NCBI GenBank assembly: GCA_050251055.1
Contig: JBFWNL010000001.1
Coordinates: 267,825 to 331,824 of the forward strand
DNA from: Bacteriovoracia bacterium
GTDB lineage: Bacteria > Bdellovibrionota > UBA1018 > JBFWNL01
Direction of reading: 5' to 3'
DNA: 64,000 nt
Positions within the stretch are counted from its first letter, which is position 1; every line of letters starts with the position of its first letter. The translations under genes and the position numbers were made by a program. This document shows, piece by piece, positions 1 to 9,166 of the stretch. The notes beneath the pieces are model-generated. The model was given only the letters and a program-made list of their open reading frames with translations. It was not told where the DNA came from and made no database searches.

Positions 1-621
1 GGCCAGCCGAATGGGGCTGTGGTGAGGTGGTTCCCCAGTTCGGCGGAAGCGAAAGAGTGGAAAGCCTTGATCGAGCACGAGAGCTTCCGACCCAACTATA
101 GTCTCAACTTGGCCTACCGGCCCTATGGCTACAAGGGAGAGCCGGTCTTGATCGACTGGTTCACGATCCGCGACGTCAACTCTCTCCAGTCTGATTGTTT
201 ACAGAAGCAGTGGAATGAGATCAATTCGGCGTTAAGCGATCCCCAGACCTTCGGAGACCTAATCAGGTTGAGGCAGACGAATCTGCGTCGAAGTTTGTCT
301 CCTGATGGAAAGTCGGCCATTCGTACTTCGAGGTCACTCTATTTCGAGGTTTTAGTAAAAGACCACTTTACTCGTCACGCCAATTGGGAACTGGTTGAGA
401 AAACCTCGAACAGCGCGGAGGAGCCGTCCACCGCCCTCGTGAAGTTAGGCTTTCCAAACTCCGACAGTCCCGACTTATCTAATGACGACCCTACGGGATA
501 CGCGCCCCGGAGTGTCGTGGTTTCCGTAAGGGCACGCATCGATCATGAAGGGAATTGCGTGGTTGCGGACCAAAAAAGCGTGAGCAGCGCATTTTTTGAA
601 CGCCTTTGGGCACACCTATAG
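1..621 (+). CDS. hypothetical protein, 5'-truncated by window edge
   Basis: Frame 1 is open from base 1 to TAG at 621; no recognisable motif. Confidence 0.5.
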   Translation, partial: GQPNGAVVRWFPSSAEAKEWKALIEHESFRPNYSLNLAYRPYGYKGEPVLIDWFTIRDVNSLQSDCLQKQWNEINSALSDPQTFGDLIRLRQTNLRRSLSPDGKSAIRTSRSLYFEVLVKDHFTRHANWELVEKTSNSAEEPSTALVKLGFPNSDSPDLSNDDPTGYAPRSVVVSVRARIDHEGNCVVADQKSVSSAFFERLWAHL

Positions 622-649
622 GCTTCGTGGAAATAGACCCCTAGGCAGG

Positions 650-1765
650 CTAAGCAACTTTGCGCGGTGGCGCGAGGCTTAAGGTAGGAATCGCCGCCTC
701 GACCGCCGAAGTGAGACTCATCGTCGAAATGAGGACAAGTGCCCCGCGACAGGCCGTGGCGCTTCCCACCCGCACGAGCGTGAGGTATTCGGCGTCTCGC
801 GCGCCAAAGGCCGCGCGCACGACGTTGCGGGTACTGATAGTGACCGTGCTCGGCCCCGGGGGCGCCAGTTCTACGTAGCCCGTTTTCACGAGCGTGTTCC
901 AAAGATCCGGCACCAAAGCCGGATCCCAAGTTAAGCCCTGCCAAAAAGTGAATTTATCCGCCACGCCGACGGCGGCGGTGGCCACGAAAACCGGCGCCTT
1001 CGCGCCCGGTGGGGGCGGCGCGATCGCCAGAAAGGCCGCGCTCTCGACACCTTGTTGAAGCAATCCCACCAAGGCCGCGCCCATCGGATCGGCGCTCGCG
1101 CGCAGGGTATTGATCTCCCATTTGACGAGCGCCTTCGCGCCTCCTCCGGGATGCTCTTCCCGGCGTCTCGCGCGCTGAACCTTCAAAGCTGGCAGCGCGG
1201 GCTGGGGCTGGGCCGCGACCGCTTCAATGCCGTGACTCAGCTCGCCCAACGAGGGTTCCGAAACTTCTTCGCTCGGATTGAAAAGAATTCCGGAAGAGGT
1301 CTTCGGCTCACGAATTTCCTCCTCGTTCGTCAGCGGAGTGACTTCCACTTGGGGCTCGTTACGCGTTTCGAATTTGATGTCTTCGCCCACGTCCATGACG
1401 ATGGAAATTTCTTGCGGCTCGCGTGTTTTCTTCTCGGGATCGCTGTTTCCCTTCGCCGCCGGTTTTTCCGCTTCGGTTTCAAAGAGCGGCCGATCTTCGG
1501 AGTGGGAAGGCGTGGACGAACGAGAAAAAGTCGGCCCGCCGGTGGGGGGAGGAGGAGGACTTTTTGACGGTGACCGTCCAGGCGGGGGTGGAGGGGCCGC
1601 TGGCTTGTCTTGTTTGAATAGAGGTGGCTCAGAACTATTTGATATTGCTAATTTTTTTCGAGCCATGAGCGTGGTAATGCTGGGCATTTCACGGATGTCG
1701 GAGGTCTCCGAGTCATGTAAAAATGCCGCGCTAGAGTCCGGTTTTTTGGGTTTCTGATCGCTCAT
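650..1765 (-). CDS. hypothetical protein: long Pro/Ser/Glu-rich disordered N-terminus plus compact (possibly GAF-like) C-terminal domain
   Basis: 371-aa ORF with poly-Pro tracts (PPPPPG, SPPPPPT) followed by a ~150-aa alpha/beta segment; candidate sigma28-type promoter upstream. Confidence 0.65.
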   Translation of the reverse strand: MSDQKPKKPDSSAAFLHDSETSDIREMPSITTLMARKKLAISNSSEPPLFKQDKPAAPPPPPGRSPSKSPPPPPTGGPTFSRSSTPSHSEDRPLFETEAEKPAAKGNSDPEKKTREPQEISIVMDVGEDIKFETRNEPQVEVTPLTNEEEIREPKTSSGILFNPSEEVSEPSLGELSHGIEAVAAQPQPALPALKVQRARRREEHPGGGAKALVKWEINTLRASADPMGAALVGLLQQGVESAAFLAIAPPPPGAKAPVFVATAAVGVADKFTFWQGLTWDPALVPDLWNTLVKTGYVELAPPGPSTVTISTRNVVRAAFGARDAEYLTLVRVGSATACRGALVLISTMSLTSAVEAAIPTLSLAPPRKVA

Positions 1766-1797
1766 AAATGTAAAAAGTACACACTCACCTAAGAGTC

Positions 1798-1825
1798 GTA
1801 TCGGTGAATTCTACCGGGTACTAGA
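1798..1825 (-). promoter_or_regulatory. putative sigma28 (FliA)-type promoter
   Basis: Minus strand TCTAG-N15-ACCGATAC, 32 nt upstream of ATG 1765; resembles TAAA-N15-GCCGATAA and has the same architecture as 35057-35084. Confidence 0.4.
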
Positions 1826-1874
1826 GGGCATTCCGTTGACCCGGGCCAGCCGGAAAAAATCCGGATCTCATTAG

Positions 1875-1903
1875 TTGACTCGTCCTATACAGCATGCTAC
1901 GAC
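1875..1903 (+). promoter_or_regulatory. putative sigma70 promoter of the Rrf2-iscS-mnmA operon
   Basis: TTGACT-N17-TACGAC with TG just upstream of the -10. Confidence 0.4.
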
Positions 1904-2033
1904 TCTAAATGTGTTTCACTTCGTGCGTCGGGAGTTTTTCCCTGCGTGCGAACCGACTTAACTTTGACGGAATGTCTGTGAAAGGAAGTCGCATTTCCCC
2001 AAAACAGTGTGAGAGGGGAAAGGGAGGAATTAG

Positions 2034-2549
2034 ATGCGTCTGACATCAAAAGGAAGATACGCCGTAAGAGCGATTTTGGATTTAACGTTCAACTCCAACG
2101 GACGTCCCGTACGTCTGCAGGAGATTTCCGAGCGTCAAAACATTTCGCTGCATTACCTCGAGCAACTTTTCCGCCGCCTGCGCAAAGGCTCGGTGGTGAA
2201 GAGCGTTCGTGGTCCGGGCGGTGGTTATGTTTTGGCTCGCTCGATGGATGAGATCTCGATTCGCGATGTTCTCGTCAGCGTGGGCGAAAACATCAATCCA
2301 GCCCGCGATCTGATCGGATCCGGTGATTTGAAGAGCGACACGGTTGAGTTCGTGCTCACCAAGACCTACTTCGAAAATCTCGGCACGATCATGCAGGAGT
2401 ATCTCACCACCACGTCGGTGGGCGATTTGATCCGCAAGGCTCGTGGCACCCAGGAGCTCCCGAAGGGCGTCGAAAAGATGCTCGACCAAACGGGATTGCA
2501 AGCTCCCGCCGCAGGCCCCAATGCTGGCCGGGAAAAAGATCTATCTTGA
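2034..2549 (+). CDS. Rrf2-family transcriptional regulator (IscR-like DNA-binding domain, no cysteines)
   Basis: MRLTSKGRYAV...YLEQLFRRLRK...SVRGPGGGY; GGAGG RBS; first gene of the desulfurase operon. Confidence 0.92.
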   Translation: MRLTSKGRYAVRAILDLTFNSNGRPVRLQEISERQNISLHYLEQLFRRLRKGSVVKSVRGPGGGYVLARSMDEISIRDVLVSVGENINPARDLIGSGDLKSDTVEFVLTKTYFENLGTIMQEYLTTTSVGDLIRKARGTQELPKGVEKMLDQTGLQAPAAGPNAGREKDLS

Positions 2550-3720
2550 TGCAAACGCAGGAGCGCCCCTCCACCCTCGGGTGAGAGAGGCGCTTCGCGA
2601 TTTGCTCGCGACTGATCTCTTCGCCAATCCGTCCAGCATTCATGCTCACGGTCGAATCTCTAAGCGCCATATCGCCGAAGCGCGTGAAGGCGTAGCTGCG
2701 TCTTTTGGCGCCGGCACTGACCCCGAACAAGTCCTCTTTACCTCTTCCGGCACCGAAGCCAATCAACTCATCATTAAAACCGTTTTAGAAAAGGCCCTGC
2801 GGGCGACTCCATCACCCCGCTGGATCACCACGCCGGTCGAGCACGACTCCGTCCTGCAGATGCAAAAGTGGTTTGAGGCGGAGGGCGGAAAAGTGGATCT
2901 ACTGCCCGTCGATAGGGCGGGCGGGCCCCAGGGCGCCGCTCTGAGCGCATTGGTGCGTCCCGAGACCGCCCTGCTCAGCACGGTGTGGGTAAATAACGAA
3001 ACGGGTGTCATCTCTGATCTCTCCTCACTGAATCGCTCCCTGCGGACCGCGCGTGAACAGATAGCCCCGCGGTTACGCTGGCATCTCGATGCCGCCCAAG
3101 CCTGGGGAAAGCTCGGCTTTAACGCCGCCGAAACCGGGGCTGACTATTTATCGGTGTCAGCCCACAAGATTGGCGGTCTCGCTGGCGCCGGCGCCATCTG
3201 GATGCGGCCCGGAAATGGAATCGACCCCGTTATCCATGGTCACCAAGAAAAAGGGCGGCGCGGGGGCACGGAAAATCTGCTGGGAATCATTTCTATGGGA
3301 ATCGCGGCCCGCCAGATCCAACCCATGGTTTGGGCAGAGACGGTCGCTCCGTTGCGGGCGCGCCTGGAAAGTGCTATCTGTGACGCTATCCCGCAAACGA
3401 TCGTCAATGGTCAAGGCGCACCTCGGGTGGCCAACACCTTGAACGTATCCTTCCACGGGGTAGGTGGAGACAGTCTGGTCATGGCCCTGGATCTCGCCGG
3501 CTATTCTGTAAGTGCGGGCTCCGCCTGTGCCAGCGGGGTGGTGGAGCCTTCCCACGTGCTGCTGGCTCTGGGAAGGAGCCGGGCGGAGGCCATGTCGGCC
3601 ATCCGCGTGTCGCTCTCGGAACGCGATACGTGGGAAAGCCTGGAAGGCTTTGTGGCCGCCACGGCGAAAGCCGTGGAGAGAGTACGGCAACGGGCGAAGT
3701 CGTCCGAAGTCGGCATTTAA
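2521..3720 (+). CDS. iscS: cysteine desulfurase (IscS/NifS group I)
   Basis: IYLDANA, FANPSSIH, FTSSGTEA, VNNETG, HLDAAQ, SAHKIGG (PLP Lys), SAGSACASG; start taken at ATG 2521. Confidence 0.93.
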   Translation: MLAGKKIYLDANAGAPLHPRVREALRDLLATDLFANPSSIHAHGRISKRHIAEAREGVAASFGAGTDPEQVLFTSSGTEANQLIIKTVLEKALRATPSPRWITTPVEHDSVLQMQKWFEAEGGKVDLLPVDRAGGPQGAALSALVRPETALLSTVWVNNETGVISDLSSLNRSLRTAREQIAPRLRWHLDAAQAWGKLGFNAAETGADYLSVSAHKIGGLAGAGAIWMRPGNGIDPVIHGHQEKGRRGGTENLLGIISMGIAARQIQPMVWAETVAPLRARLESAICDAIPQTIVNGQGAPRVANTLNVSFHGVGGDSLVMALDLAGYSVSAGSACASGVVEPSHVLLALGRSRAEAMSAIRVSLSERDTWESLEGFVAATAKAVERVRQRAKSSEVGI

Positions 3721-3738
3721 CGTTTTTATTAAAAGAGC

Positions 3739-4893
3739 ATGAACGCAACCGAAACCCCAATGCCCGCCACTGGCGGGGCCAAAAAGAGAGTCCTGGTCGC
3801 CATGAGTGGCGGTGTGGATAGCTCCGTCACGGCCGCGCTGCTCAAGACCCAAGGCTTCGATGTTATCGGCGTACACATGCAGCTGTGGAATCAGGCGGGC
3901 AAGAACACTGAGCGTTTCGGTGGGCGCTGCTGCTCGCTCGTGGATTCCAATGACGCCCGCCGGGTCTGCGACAAGCTCGACATTCCCTATTACGTGATCA
4001 ACGCCCAAGACGTCTTCCAGGAAGATGTCGTGGATTACTTCGTGCACGAGTATCTACAGAACCGGACGCCGAATCCATGCGTGCAATGCAACACCAAGAT
4101 CAAGTTCAGCTATCTCTTCCAGAAGGCGGACGATTTGGAATGCGAGCTGGTGGCGACCGGCCACTATGCTCAGGTCGTAACCGACCATCAGACCGGCATG
4201 GCCTCGTTACGTAAAGGCCTCGATCCTCGTAAAGACCAAAGCTATTTTCTTTTTGGTCTCACCCAAAAGGCGCTCCGTCGAACCCTGATGCCGCTCGGCG
4301 ACCTCCCCAAGCAAGGCGTGCGTAAGCTCGCGGCGGAGTTTGGGCTCGATTCGGTTTCCGAGAAGCCGGATAGCCAGGAGATCTGCTTCATCGGCGACGA
4401 AGGGTACAAGCAGTTCATTGAGGCCCGCACCGCGCCCGAGCTTCGCGCGCCCGGCAACATGACGAACCTCGACGGGTCAGTGATCGGCCAGCACCAGGGC
4501 CTCCATCGCTATACCATCGGTCAGCGTAAGGGACTGGATCTTGGCAAGAACGACAACCCCAAGGATCCTTACTTCGTGGTGGGCTTCGACGCACCTCAGA
4601 ACGTGGTGATCCTAGGCCCCGAAAAACAACTCTTTCAGCAAGACTTCATGGCGTCCAAAGTGAATTGGATTCGTCCGCTCGAGGGATTGGGCCTTCACTC
4701 CTTGAAGTGCAAAGCTCGTATTCGTTCTCACCAAACGGAAGCTGACTGCACGGTGAATGTTTTCGAAAATCAAACTGTGCAAGTTTCTTTCGATGCTCCC
4801 CAGCGCGCGATCACGCCCGGGCAAGCCGTGGTTTTTTACCAAGGCGACGATGTGCTGGGCGGGGGATTCATCGATCATGTCGGGAACGCTTAA
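3739..4893 (+). CDS. mnmA: tRNA-specific 2-thiouridylase MnmA
   Basis: AMSGGVDSS, TPNPCVQCN, ATGHYA, KDQSYFL, DSQEICF, TIGQRKGL, ITPGQAVVFY. Confidence 0.97.
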   Translation: MNATETPMPATGGAKKRVLVAMSGGVDSSVTAALLKTQGFDVIGVHMQLWNQAGKNTERFGGRCCSLVDSNDARRVCDKLDIPYYVINAQDVFQEDVVDYFVHEYLQNRTPNPCVQCNTKIKFSYLFQKADDLECELVATGHYAQVVTDHQTGMASLRKGLDPRKDQSYFLFGLTQKALRRTLMPLGDLPKQGVRKLAAEFGLDSVSEKPDSQEICFIGDEGYKQFIEARTAPELRAPGNMTNLDGSVIGQHQGLHRYTIGQRKGLDLGKNDNPKDPYFVVGFDAPQNVVILGPEKQLFQQDFMASKVNWIRPLEGLGLHSLKCKARIRSHQTEADCTVNVFENQTVQVSFDAPQRAITPGQAVVFYQGDDVLGGGFIDHVGNA

Positions 4894-6394
4894 GCGCTAC
4901 GCGCTTCGCACCCTCGGGTGCAAGGCTAATACCTACGACAGTCAGCTGTTGGAAGCCGAACTCCAAGCCCGCGGCTGGGTGCCCGCCCGGGAAGGAGAGA
5001 GCGCCGATCTTTGTCTCGTGAACAGCTGCACGGTGACGAACGAAGCCGATAAACTTTCACGCAAAACCGCCACCCGCTTGGCGCGGCTAAACGCGGGCGC
5101 CCCCGTGGTAATTACCGGCTGCGGAGCCGAGGTCGACCCCCGGGGGATGGCGTCCACCCCAGGCCTCACTCACGTGGTGAGCAATCGGGACAAACCCAAA
5201 CTGCTGGCCATGCTGGATGAGCTAGCAACCGCTGCACGTCTCTCCCAGCCCCGAGAGACCAATGGAGGGGCCGAAGTTCTTGGCTCCGCGCTTGGATATG
5301 ACGAGCTTCGATCCCGTCATCCCTTGGACCGCGAGTGGCCACTACCGGATAGCCTAAGCATTTCCCCGCAAAGCCTGAAGGCGCTGCGCGCCCCCGGGGC
5401 GGAGAGAAATTCCGCGGGCCGCACCCGGGCTTTTTTGAAAATTCAGGAAGGCTGCAATTCTTTCTGCACTTTTTGCATTATTCCTTACGGCCGCGGCCCT
5501 AGCCGCAGCCTACGTCCCCGCGCTATCCTTGAGCAGATTCAAGCCTTGGTAGAAGACGGCGCCCGGGAAGTCGTATTGACCGGCACGAACGTGGGCGACT
5601 ACGGAATGGAGTGGGCACCCAAAGGGACGGCGCTCGAGGAGCTGCTCACGATGATTTTTCAAGAGACCGCCATTGAACGCGTGCGCGTGAGCTCGCTCGA
5701 TCCGACGGAAATCACCCCGGGACTACTGCTGCTCGTGGAGACAGAGCCCCGAATGTGCCCGCATTTTCATGTCTCGCTGCAAAGCCCGCATACCGGGATT
5801 CTAAGACTGATGAAACGAGGATATGGGTTTGACGAAGTGGAGCGATGCTTGCGCGCTTTAGCCGGGCTGAAGCCCGCGGCGGGAACTCCCAACGGGGTCT
5901 ACGTCGGGATGGATTTGATCACGGGCTTTCCTGGCGAGACGGACGAAATTTTCGCGTGGACGCGTGACGCGCTCGGCGCGCTCCCGTGGACCCGTCTGCA
6001 CGTCTTTCCGTACAGCGAGCGCGCGTCCACGCCGGCAACTCGCCTGCCGGGATCGGTTCCGGTCGCGATACGTAAGCGCCGCGCCCGAGAGCTGCAAGCA
6101 TTGAATCTGCGGCGAGTGGAAGCGCACTATCACGCCGCCCGCGCCCGTCACGGGAACTCGATCGAAGACGTTCTCATCGAATCTCCGCATGCCGGACCGA
6201 ACGGGGCAGAGGGATGGTGGATGGGGCACACCCGCGATTACTTGCGAGTACTAGTGGAGCATCCTGGAGGAGTACCCGCGACATTCGAAAACACGGTCGT
6301 GACCGGAAGTTTGCGGGGGTTACTGCGCTTAAAGGACGCCGGCGAAGCGGCCTTGCTGGCTTCCTTTACGTCTCCACTTCCCACCCGAAGCTAG
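4877..6394 (+). CDS. mtaB: MtaB/MiaB-like radical SAM tRNA methylthiotransferase
   Basis: TLGCKAN..DS, NSCTVT, ITGC, KIQEGCNSFCTFCIIPYGRG, DLITGFPGET, HVFPYSER; start ATG 4877 overlaps mnmA. Confidence 0.85.
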   Translation: MSGTLKRYALRTLGCKANTYDSQLLEAELQARGWVPAREGESADLCLVNSCTVTNEADKLSRKTATRLARLNAGAPVVITGCGAEVDPRGMASTPGLTHVVSNRDKPKLLAMLDELATAARLSQPRETNGGAEVLGSALGYDELRSRHPLDREWPLPDSLSISPQSLKALRAPGAERNSAGRTRAFLKIQEGCNSFCTFCIIPYGRGPSRSLRPRAILEQIQALVEDGAREVVLTGTNVGDYGMEWAPKGTALEELLTMIFQETAIERVRVSSLDPTEITPGLLLLVETEPRMCPHFHVSLQSPHTGILRLMKRGYGFDEVERCLRALAGLKPAAGTPNGVYVGMDLITGFPGETDEIFAWTRDALGALPWTRLHVFPYSERASTPATRLPGSVPVAIRKRRARELQALNLRRVEAHYHAARARHGNSIEDVLIESPHAGPNGAEGWWMGHTRDYLRVLVEHPGGVPATFENTVVTGSLRGLLRLKDAGEAALLASFTSPLPTRS

Positions 6395-6403
6395 CTCGAC
6401 CCG

Positions 6404-6688
6404 CTAGCAACCGTCGGGGTAATATACAATATAGAAATCACTCCAAGCTTGTCCGCAGAAATTTGTGCCAGCAACACAAAGGCGGCAAGTTCTTTCGCAA
6501 GTGTAACCGTCTTCCTCGGGACCGAAAGCAAAGATTTCGCCCGCCGAACAGCGTAATGTTACCTGAGGAAACCCGACCGCAGCGCTTTTAGAAGTATCCG
6601 GATCTATCTTATCTGAAGCCTCGACAGGCCCTAGACCGATAAAAATCGAACAAGCAAGCGCTAAGCTAAAGCTCATTATTCTTCGCAT
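6404..6688 (-). CDS. small secreted cysteine-rich hypothetical protein
   Basis: Signal peptide MRRIMSFSLALACSIFIGLGPVEA, six Cys in the mature part, G-rich RBS. Confidence 0.6.
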   Translation of the reverse strand: MRRIMSFSLALACSIFIGLGPVEASDKIDPDTSKSAAVGFPQVTLRCSAGEIFAFGPEEDGYTCERTCRLCVAGTNFCGQAWSDFYIVYYPDGC

Positions 6689-6866
6689 GGAATTCCCCCC
6701 GTCTACAGAATGGTAACGCAAGCAGTCAGGATGTAAAGGGACCGAAGGTTAGTCCTTTCTATTTAGTTAAGCGAAATACCTGTAAAATACGTGTAATTCC
6801 AGAGCTCTGAACGGGGTCGTAAGCTGAAACAATTTTTGTTTCGTTAATCGCAAAACTCTTGAGGAC

Positions 6867-8930
6867 TCACTCCACCGGATAACGAAACCAGCGCGTCGCC
6901 TCGTCGTTCGTGTGGTTGATTTCATCAACCCCGCCCGTGATCCGAGCCGTTAGCGGGTAAAGGCCGAACTCCGAGTCTCCAGGCAAGACTACGTCGAGCG
7001 CAACTTCGGTCGACGCGCCCGGTGCAATCGAAGGCAACGGGATTTGGCCCGAGAGGGCGACGAACTGCGTTTCCACGGCGAGATTCCCGCCCGTTAGACT
7101 ACCCAGAATCTCAAGCTCACGCCCCGACCGCGCGCTGGCCTCAAGCCCAAAGTTGAACACCTTGATTCTCAGGGATGCGCGCACGCCAATCTGGTTCCAA
7201 GTCGTCGCCTGGGGGCCGTGGGGCTGCCATTCGATATCGTTCACCGTCACCGCCAAATCGGGCTGTTCGCTACGTACGCGCTTCCCGACGGCCAGGTTGT
7301 CACGAGTCACGCGCTGAGATTTCTGAAGATGCTGGCGCAACACGCGCCATGCCTCCATGTCCGTATCCACCAGGCCGGCGGTGGGAACCAACGACGGAAC
7401 GACGGAATTCACGAAGTTGATTGCTTCAAAAATATTCTGGCTAGCGGCCAAGGTGTAGACTCGCGAGTGCTTGATGGGTCGGCCGCCGACGCGGACATCG
7501 GTGAGGTGCGTGGCGGTCGGGAGCGCCGCCTTCGGATCGTGATTGATGGTGGTAATGGGGTCGAGCGCCCCGAATATCAGCGCGAGGGTAGGGCTTAAAT
7601 TTCCGGGGTACTTCCCCTGGCTGTAGCGCACCTCAATGCCCGACATGCTGACCTGACCACTCGTAGCGGAAAAACTTGACGCGAACAGGACATTCAGAAG
7701 CGATTGAAGTAGATCTCCCCGTATCGGCAAGGTCTTTACCGTCCAAGTGCGCTCCGTCTTGGCGTGAAAGACCGTGGGTAGCATGTTGATGGTGTCCGCG
7801 GTGGTCACGCTCCCGCGGGGGAGCGGCGCATGGATGAAGTTCGCTTGATCGAGCGCCACGTCGGCGCCCGTAAAGGCGCGGTAGGCGTCCGTGGTCAGGT
7901 TCCCCGCGAGGCTTTCGGCGCCCTGGACGTATCCGTACAGCTCGGAGTCCGCGACGTGGTCATGGAAAATCGGGCCGAACTTGCCCTCGAGCCGAGCCTC
8001 CACTTCCTCCACCACGCCCGCAATTTCGTCGCTTTCGGGAATTCGCGCGTCGATCTGGTAGAGGCCGTGACTCACGTAGGCGGGACGCTGACCCGGAGTG
8101 ACGTGAAAATCAATCCGCCCCAGATATTCACCGTGCTTGCCGGCTTCCACCACGTAACCGGGCGTGGTGCCGTCACGCTCGACCTTGATCGGCGCGAGCA
8201 GCTTCACGTGGTCGTGGCCCCCGATGATGAGATCGAGCGCCGGGGCGGCCCGCAGGAGCTTGTGGTTCGTCCCTAAGCTATTGTGAGAAACCGCCACCAC
8301 CATATCCACTTCATGGCTCAGGCGCTCCGCTAAGTCCCTGATGATAGTGAAGGGGGATTCGATGCGTACCGGCCGAAAATATTTATCGTAAATCAGCTCG
8401 TAGGTGAGAACCCCAATAAAGGCGACTTTGATACCGTCCTTCTCCTGGATCACGTAGGGGAGGAAATTTTCCCGAAATCGCTCCGCCTGATCGAACTTTG
8501 CCAGCGAAAGGTTTGCGCCCAGAAATTTCGTCTTGGGTTTAAGAATCCCGGCCAAGTCGAGTAACCAGTCCGGGCCATTCAGCCAGTCGTGGTTTCCGAT
8601 GACGGCGGCGTCGTACCCCAAACGGTCGAGCATGCGCATGCTCTCCAGCCCCGCGCCGAAATTGTAATAGATATAGCCCTCGGACCAATCGCCGCCATCG
8701 ACGAGGAAACTACGAGGAGCCTCCGCGCGCAGGCGGTCGATCTGCGTTTTTAAGCGGGCAACCCCGCCCAGCATGAGCACGTCGCCGTGGGGCCGGAAGT
8801 GGGAATGAAGGTCGTTCGTGTGAAGAAAGGTGATTACCTTGCCGTCCTCGGCAGGAATATCCGCGAAAGCGGTGGCGGCCCCCGCGACGAGAGCCAGCCC
8901 GATGAAATGGAAGCCTTTCGACGTCTTCAT
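6867..8930 (-). CDS. secreted bifunctional metallophosphatase/5'-nucleotidase with C-terminal CARDB-like Ig domain
   Basis: LHTNDLHS, VDGGD, IGNHD, SH, IGGHDH metallophosphoesterase motifs; signal peptide; C-terminal PDLAV...VFNFG...DEINHTND. Confidence 0.88.
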   Translation of the reverse strand: MKTSKGFHFIGLALVAGAATAFADIPAEDGKVITFLHTNDLHSHFRPHGDVLMLGGVARLKTQIDRLRAEAPRSFLVDGGDWSEGYIYYNFGAGLESMRMLDRLGYDAAVIGNHDWLNGPDWLLDLAGILKPKTKFLGANLSLAKFDQAERFRENFLPYVIQEKDGIKVAFIGVLTYELIYDKYFRPVRIESPFTIIRDLAERLSHEVDMVVAVSHNSLGTNHKLLRAAPALDLIIGGHDHVKLLAPIKVERDGTTPGYVVEAGKHGEYLGRIDFHVTPGQRPAYVSHGLYQIDARIPESDEIAGVVEEVEARLEGKFGPIFHDHVADSELYGYVQGAESLAGNLTTDAYRAFTGADVALDQANFIHAPLPRGSVTTADTINMLPTVFHAKTERTWTVKTLPIRGDLLQSLLNVLFASSFSATSGQVSMSGIEVRYSQGKYPGNLSPTLALIFGALDPITTINHDPKAALPTATHLTDVRVGGRPIKHSRVYTLAASQNIFEAINFVNSVVPSLVPTAGLVDTDMEAWRVLRQHLQKSQRVTRDNLAVGKRVRSEQPDLAVTVNDIEWQPHGPQATTWNQIGVRASLRIKVFNFGLEASARSGRELEILGSLTGGNLAVETQFVALSGQIPLPSIAPGASTEVALDVVLPGDSEFGLYPLTARITGGVDEINHTNDEATRWFRYPVE

Positions 8931-9101
8931 GCTACCCAATTCCCCCAAGACTGCGAAATCGCAGACGATCTCATGACGCAGTCCTCTATAACGAATGTAA
9001 CGGGTGAGCGCAACCCTTATGACGGCCCCCCTCCGCCAGTTAACTGCTAGTAAACATTAATTTATTTCTTTAAAGTCCGCCTCCCCATCGAATCCTTAAA
9101 T

Positions 9102-9130
9102 TTGACAAGGCATGTCACGTATTGTAAATC
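9102..9130 (+). promoter_or_regulatory. putative sigma70 promoter of rnc-era-der
   Basis: TTGACA-N17-TAAATC. Confidence 0.55.
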
Positions 9131-9166
9131 AAGGTGGTTGGTTCGGCCGGATGGTCCCGGAGTGTT

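Noticed and set aside
3739-4893. MnmA with CxxC (PNPCVQCN) as a novel variant
   Set aside because: Matches the already described cysteine-type, Fe-S-binding MnmA subclass
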